Positions 35,678 through 39,919 of a DNA stretch of 39,919 nucleotides are shown piece after piece. Positions within the stretch are counted from its first letter, which is position 1. Every line of letters begins with the position of its first letter. The notes under the pieces were generated by a model that was not told the DNA's origin, did no database searches, and was given only the letters and a program-made list of their open reading frames with translations. This DNA is from Octopus sinensis. Taxonomy: Eukaryota. A program made the position numbers and the translations under genes. The stretch is from NCBI RefSeq assembly GCF_006345805.1, contig NW_021835619.1, positions 1 to 39,919 on the forward strand, in the 5' to 3' direction.

Positions 35678-35918
35678 TAATAATAATAATAATAATGATC
35701 CTCTCTACTATAGGCACAAGGCCTGAAATTTTGGGGGGAGGGAGACTAGTCGATTGCATCGACCCCAGTGTTTAACTGGTATTTAATTTATTGACCCCAA
35801 AAAGATGAAAGGCAAAGTCGACCTCGACTGAATTTGAACTTAGAACGTGCCGACGGGCGAAATACCTATTTCATTATATTCTAAACACAGAGAGGACAAA
35901 CAACGACAGACAAACGAA
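35625..35918 (-). mobile_element. SINE family A 3' portion with tail 2 and (ATT)n
   Basis: Minus strand has a tail 1 remnant, a second core, ...AAAATTTCAGGCCTTGTGCCTATAGTAGAGAGGATC and an (ATT)n tail. Confidence 0.8.
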
Positions 35919-35974
35919 TAATAATAATAACAATAACAATAATAATAATAATAATAATAATTATTATTATTATT

Positions 35975-36660
35975 ATTATTATTGGGCCAACTAGCACTTA
36001 TTATAAAGAAGACACGAAGATTTAATTAACATGTACCAAGACTTGTTTTCCCTGTTGAGAAAGAGGTGATGGCATCGTTGCCAACAATATGCTGACGGGG
36101 GTGGGTCTCCTACGGGTCCATACGTCCCCAAAAAGTTGTATTATACGGCTGCGCAGTATGTTTCCGGCCACAGTTAAAAGGTAGGGTTAATCCACCACCC
36201 GGTCCTACTTCGGCAATATTTGAAGTGTCCTTAACAGAGATGATCCCACTCTGTTATAATTATTTTGACCGGATCTCCCATGAACTGAGGATAAAAAGAA
36301 ATTCTTTTTTTCTTTTCCTCGCACCTGTTTGAGAAGCTCTGCGATCAGCAGACATGGGAGTGGTTTTACTAACTCGAACCCCAAACCCTCCCTGGTGCAA
36401 ACACGAGAATAAAGCAATACGAAAGTTCTGAGTGTTGGCGACAGTCGGTGAATGTGTACCATTAGAAAGGTAGATGGTTGTTCACTCCACGACATGAATA
36501 GGTCTGGCACAACCAAACAACCACTCAGACATCACCACATTGGAATAAATTCGGTCTTTAGGGGACACCCTCGACCACCCGGCCCTTAAACGCTGCTCAC
36601 TCACTTGGAAACCATTAGGCTCAGTGTCTCAAACCCTGTTTGAGGATGCCACCCCCCGCC
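35975..36660 (-). mobile_element. Possible degraded 3' end of a non-LTR retrotransposon (L1/Tx1-like?)
   Basis: Complex sequence ending on the minus strand in GGCCCAATAATAAT(AAT)n; a 103 aa ORF remnant ends about 230 nt upstream of that tail. The resemblance is from memory and weak. Confidence 0.25.
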
Positions 36661-37117
36661 CCCGTTTCCCCCTATTGATCTCGAAAATCATAGCAGTTAG
36701 TAAATAAATTAAAGGGTCACTTGGCACTGGGTATCCTTCATGAAGCTACTAAGAAATAATTTTTAAAATCTGTCTTAACCATATTTATATAGCTGATTAA
36801 ATTTTCCACCGTATTTTACTGGTATCTACTGAAGAATATTTATTTCACCCGCAGAAAGATGAAATAATTTTTTTTTATCCAAATGAATTTTTTGAAAGAA
36901 AAGAAAATATTGTCCTCAACCACCGAAAACTATGTTGTAGGATTCTTCTGTATCACATTTCCAACAACACTATCGCAATTTAATTTTCTTCTAGGAAGAG
37001 AAAGAAACATACAAAGGTATGTGTAGCATGGTGGGGGGGGGGTTCTTTTTTATTCTAATTTCTTGCAGTAGAATAATAGAATGAGGGAGGGGCCAAGAAG
37101 ACATTGCTATGGTGAGA

Positions 37118-37441
37118 TGTCAATCTTCACACGGAACAGATCAACACGAAACAGTTGACTGCATATAAAAAGCATTTATTAGCAGATTATTTAATAAAAC
37201 GTATAGACCAGAATTATGAGGGTTTCTGAAGGTTGTGGACGACAACCAAGACACACAGACAGAAAGAGGAAGATTCTAAGCAGGGTGGTTAAGAGTGCAA
37301 ATGGAAACCCCGTGGTGAACCAGCTTAAACAAATTTCTGTCTGCCTCACGTTATCTCCTAGCCAGAAGAAGGACCCAGATATCCCTTTATAACAAAGGGA
37401 TCTCTGGATCTAGCAGCAATGGAAGTTAGAAACGTCGCACA
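37118..37441 (-). mobile_element. Possible solo LTR
   Basis: TGT...ACA termini, TTATAAA early and AATAAA late on the minus strand. No matching TSD, so tentative. Confidence 0.25.
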
Positions 37442-38539
37442 AAGGAATCCAACAGCGGAGTATTCGGTGGAGGGGCAATATTATTTTTAAATTAAACCAA
37501 ATTTTAAAGAAGGAAATTGCTCGGGATTCACAGGGAAAAAAAAACATTTTTCATCCCTCGGGAGCTAATACATATTACTAGATACCAATAATAAACGGCA
37601 TTAATTATTAATTAGTAATATCAATGAGGCTAAGTCAATGTTTTGCATAAATGCTTAGAGGTAGGAATATATATGCAGTACCCCATGGTCCCCAAAACTT
37701 CCAAAGAGATTCGAAAACCTTTACAGCCCTATGTAGAATGAAGTTCACACAGAGGGTTTGAAACCTTGTCCACTGCTTAGCTGCCTGTCGCATTGGATAG
37801 TTTCCCATGCAAATTCTCGCATATAGATAAATGTGTTTACATATAATATCTAATGAAGAGGAAACGAAGTGGGGGAGGAGTGAGGGCGGTTGTAGCACGG
37901 CCAAATGCACTGGTGTTGAACTATGGGAGTTCAGTACTTACCTGGGAATGGTTATTTATTCCCCCCACCTCCTATAATTTATCTGCATTTAGTTTTCGCT
38001 AACATCCTTCAGTAATCTACACGCATGCACACACACACGCTCGTTCTGCTAAAGATAGCAACCAAATCCCCCTTAAATGACATTCTGAAACATTGCTTAA
38101 AAAAGAAGAGCACGCAAAACATGGACATAATATAGTTAGGTATACTGGTTCTGCGAAGAAAAAGAGAGAGGAAAGAAAAGACTTGGTGCTGACGTTAACA
38201 CAAAGAATACTAACTGCATAAGTGCGTCGACCAAAAAGGACAAAAAGAGACGTGAATATATGTCGAAGTGAAACGGTGGCAGATATGTGCAACATAAACC
38301 TCAACACCGAGACGCACTGGTTAAGTGCAATGGATGCTGCGACACACACGTTGCAACAAATTGTCCGTGAGAACGTGTCTTGTGGTCATCGATAGATTTT
38401 TTTGAAATCGAAGTGCAGAGTGGGCGTGGGGTGCGGTGTAGTGGGGGGTGGAAGGGCAATGTTCCACATCCAGATTGCAACACTCCACCGCGCATGCATG
38501 CAATCACAAACTGCAGCGGTAAAAAGTTTTGACTCTTAA

Positions 38540-38815
38540 CCGCATGGTTCCCCGTTCGATCCTCAACTGCGAGGTGCCTTCGGCTTTGTGCTTATGGCCT
38601 CGGGTCTATCAATGACTTGAGGGTAGATTTCGTCGACGGAAACCCGAAACACCGTCGTGTGTGTGTGTGTGTGTGTGTTCGTGGGTTTCTCTCCACCACT
38701 GGTTGATAGCGATCGATGAAATAAGTTCCAGGCTTGAAAAAATAAGCCCTGGTGTATGTGTGTTCGATCAAAGGCAGTGCCCCAACATGGCCGCATTCTA
38801 ACGACAAAAAAGTAG
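38540..38815 (+). mobile_element. Old or diverged SINE family B variant
   Basis: CATGGTTCCCGTTCGATCC head, GACGGAAACCCGAAAC, (GT)n, and AAAGGCAGTGCCCCAACATGGCCGCA tail. Confidence 0.6.
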
Positions 38816-38826
38816 ATGACAACATA

Positions 38827-38857
<31 letters not shown>

Positions 38858-39217
38858 ATAGACGCAGGAGTGGCTGTGTGGTAAGTAGCTTGCTTACCAA
38901 CCACATGCGTGGCACCTTGGGCAAGTGTCTTCTACTATAGTCTCGGGCCAACCAAAGCCAGAAGCCCATCATGTGTATATGTGTATATTTATACGTGTGT
39001 GTGTTCTTGTGTCTGTGTTTGTCTCCCTAGCATTGCTTGACAACCGATGCTGGTGTGTTTATGTCCCCGTAACTTAGCGGTTCGGCAAAAAGAGACCGAT
39101 AGAATAAGTACTGGGTTTACAAAAGAATAAGTCCCGGGGTCGAGTTGCTCGACTAAAGGCGGTGCTCCAGTATGGCCGCAGTCAAATGACTGAAACAAGT
39201 AAAAGAGAGTAAAGAGT
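38858..39217 (+). mobile_element. SINE family B with two internal deletions
   Basis: Head lacks the B-box segment (CCACATG joined to CGTGGCACC); 3' half near consensus. Confidence 0.88.
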
Positions 39218-39539
39218 ATATAGCTGGCCTTGAAGTGGACAGTAAGGGAGGAGAAGATAAGAAATCCATATTGTAGAACTGCACGGTTTGCGCCGTATGG
39301 TTCTCAAATGAGAGAATGGATACGGAATGGAAAACTGGACAGTGGGAAACTGTACATGCCCCGACTGCAACACTGCACAATTCTACAACAACTGCATTCC
39401 AGGATGTGTAGTGCGTCCGTCAGCGAGATGGAAGTGTGGAATGCCTGGAGTTTTATGCATCTGGGAACGATACACGGAGCATGTTGTTTTATCTACGTGT
39501 TATCGTGCTTGGCGCGGGAGAGCATCTAGCACAAGTGTA

Positions 39540-39905
39540 GCCATCGTGCGTGTGTGTGTTGTGATTTGCTGGGAGTAGCAGCTAAATCTGTTCGAATCAT
39601 ACGCTAACGGCAGATGTTCGATGACGTTTGTCTCCCGATTTATGGAATAAGACGGGACAGCCATTTCTGGAACACCTGTTGCGCCAGCGCTGATCTGCGA
39701 TAAACAAGATTTGACAAAGCGACAACAACTGGAAGCATATTCGGCAAAAGAAATCACCACCACAACCACAACCACCACCATTACCACCTCCACTGCAAGC
39801 GCCAACACTGTCGTCGCCGCCGCTGCAGCCGAAAGGACACCCGTAGGTCTTTACGCAGCCGATGGAACCGCTAGAAATAGCAGCATAATCCGATGTAAAT
39901 AACAT
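39540..39905. other. CpG-rich unique exon-like island, strand and product unassigned
   Basis: GC-richer than its flanks, with (ACC)n and (GCC)n runs. Open frames exist on both strands, but none is recognisable. Confidence 0.3.
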
Positions 39906-39919
39906 TACATCTTAAAACA

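Noticed and set aside
37937-37946. Perfect minus-strand donor CAG|GTAAGT
   Set aside because: No adequate upstream acceptor or reading frame; an isolated consensus match is expected by chance in 40 kb.
39597-39905. Gly/Cys-rich minus-strand ORF resembling a metallothionein or keratin-associated protein
   Set aside because: The GGC/GCG pattern is the antisense reading of (ACC)n/(GCC)n runs; there is no regular Cys spacing and only a TTG start.

Overview
Eukaryotic, extremely repeat-rich genomic DNA. The SINE families and the very high load of (CA)n/(TA)n/(GATA)n microsatellites suggest an octopus (coleoid cephalopod) genome; this is inferred from repeat types, not verified. No intact protein-coding gene could be recognised, and nearly all ORFs in the supplied track are by-products of microsatellites or SINEs. 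Supported content: more than 25 full or partial copies of at least four tRNA-derived SINE families, one 3' fragment of a CR1-clade LINE, three copies of a ~400 bp MITE with 29 bp TIRs and no fixed target-site duplication, hAT-like remnants, and several unique islands with splice signals (candidate exons, unassigned). Best leads: (1) a minimal type I hammerhead ribozyme at 12585-12622 inside a Penelope-like inverted terminal fragment, where a ~43 bp inverted arm could block its fold; (2) eight TCACGTGA palindromes confined to 22.9-27.6 kb; (3) the TSD-less MITE, one copy of which is flanked by an 82 bp duplication; (4) nested and inverted SINEs able to form long dsRNA. SINE family labels A-D are local names for this report only.
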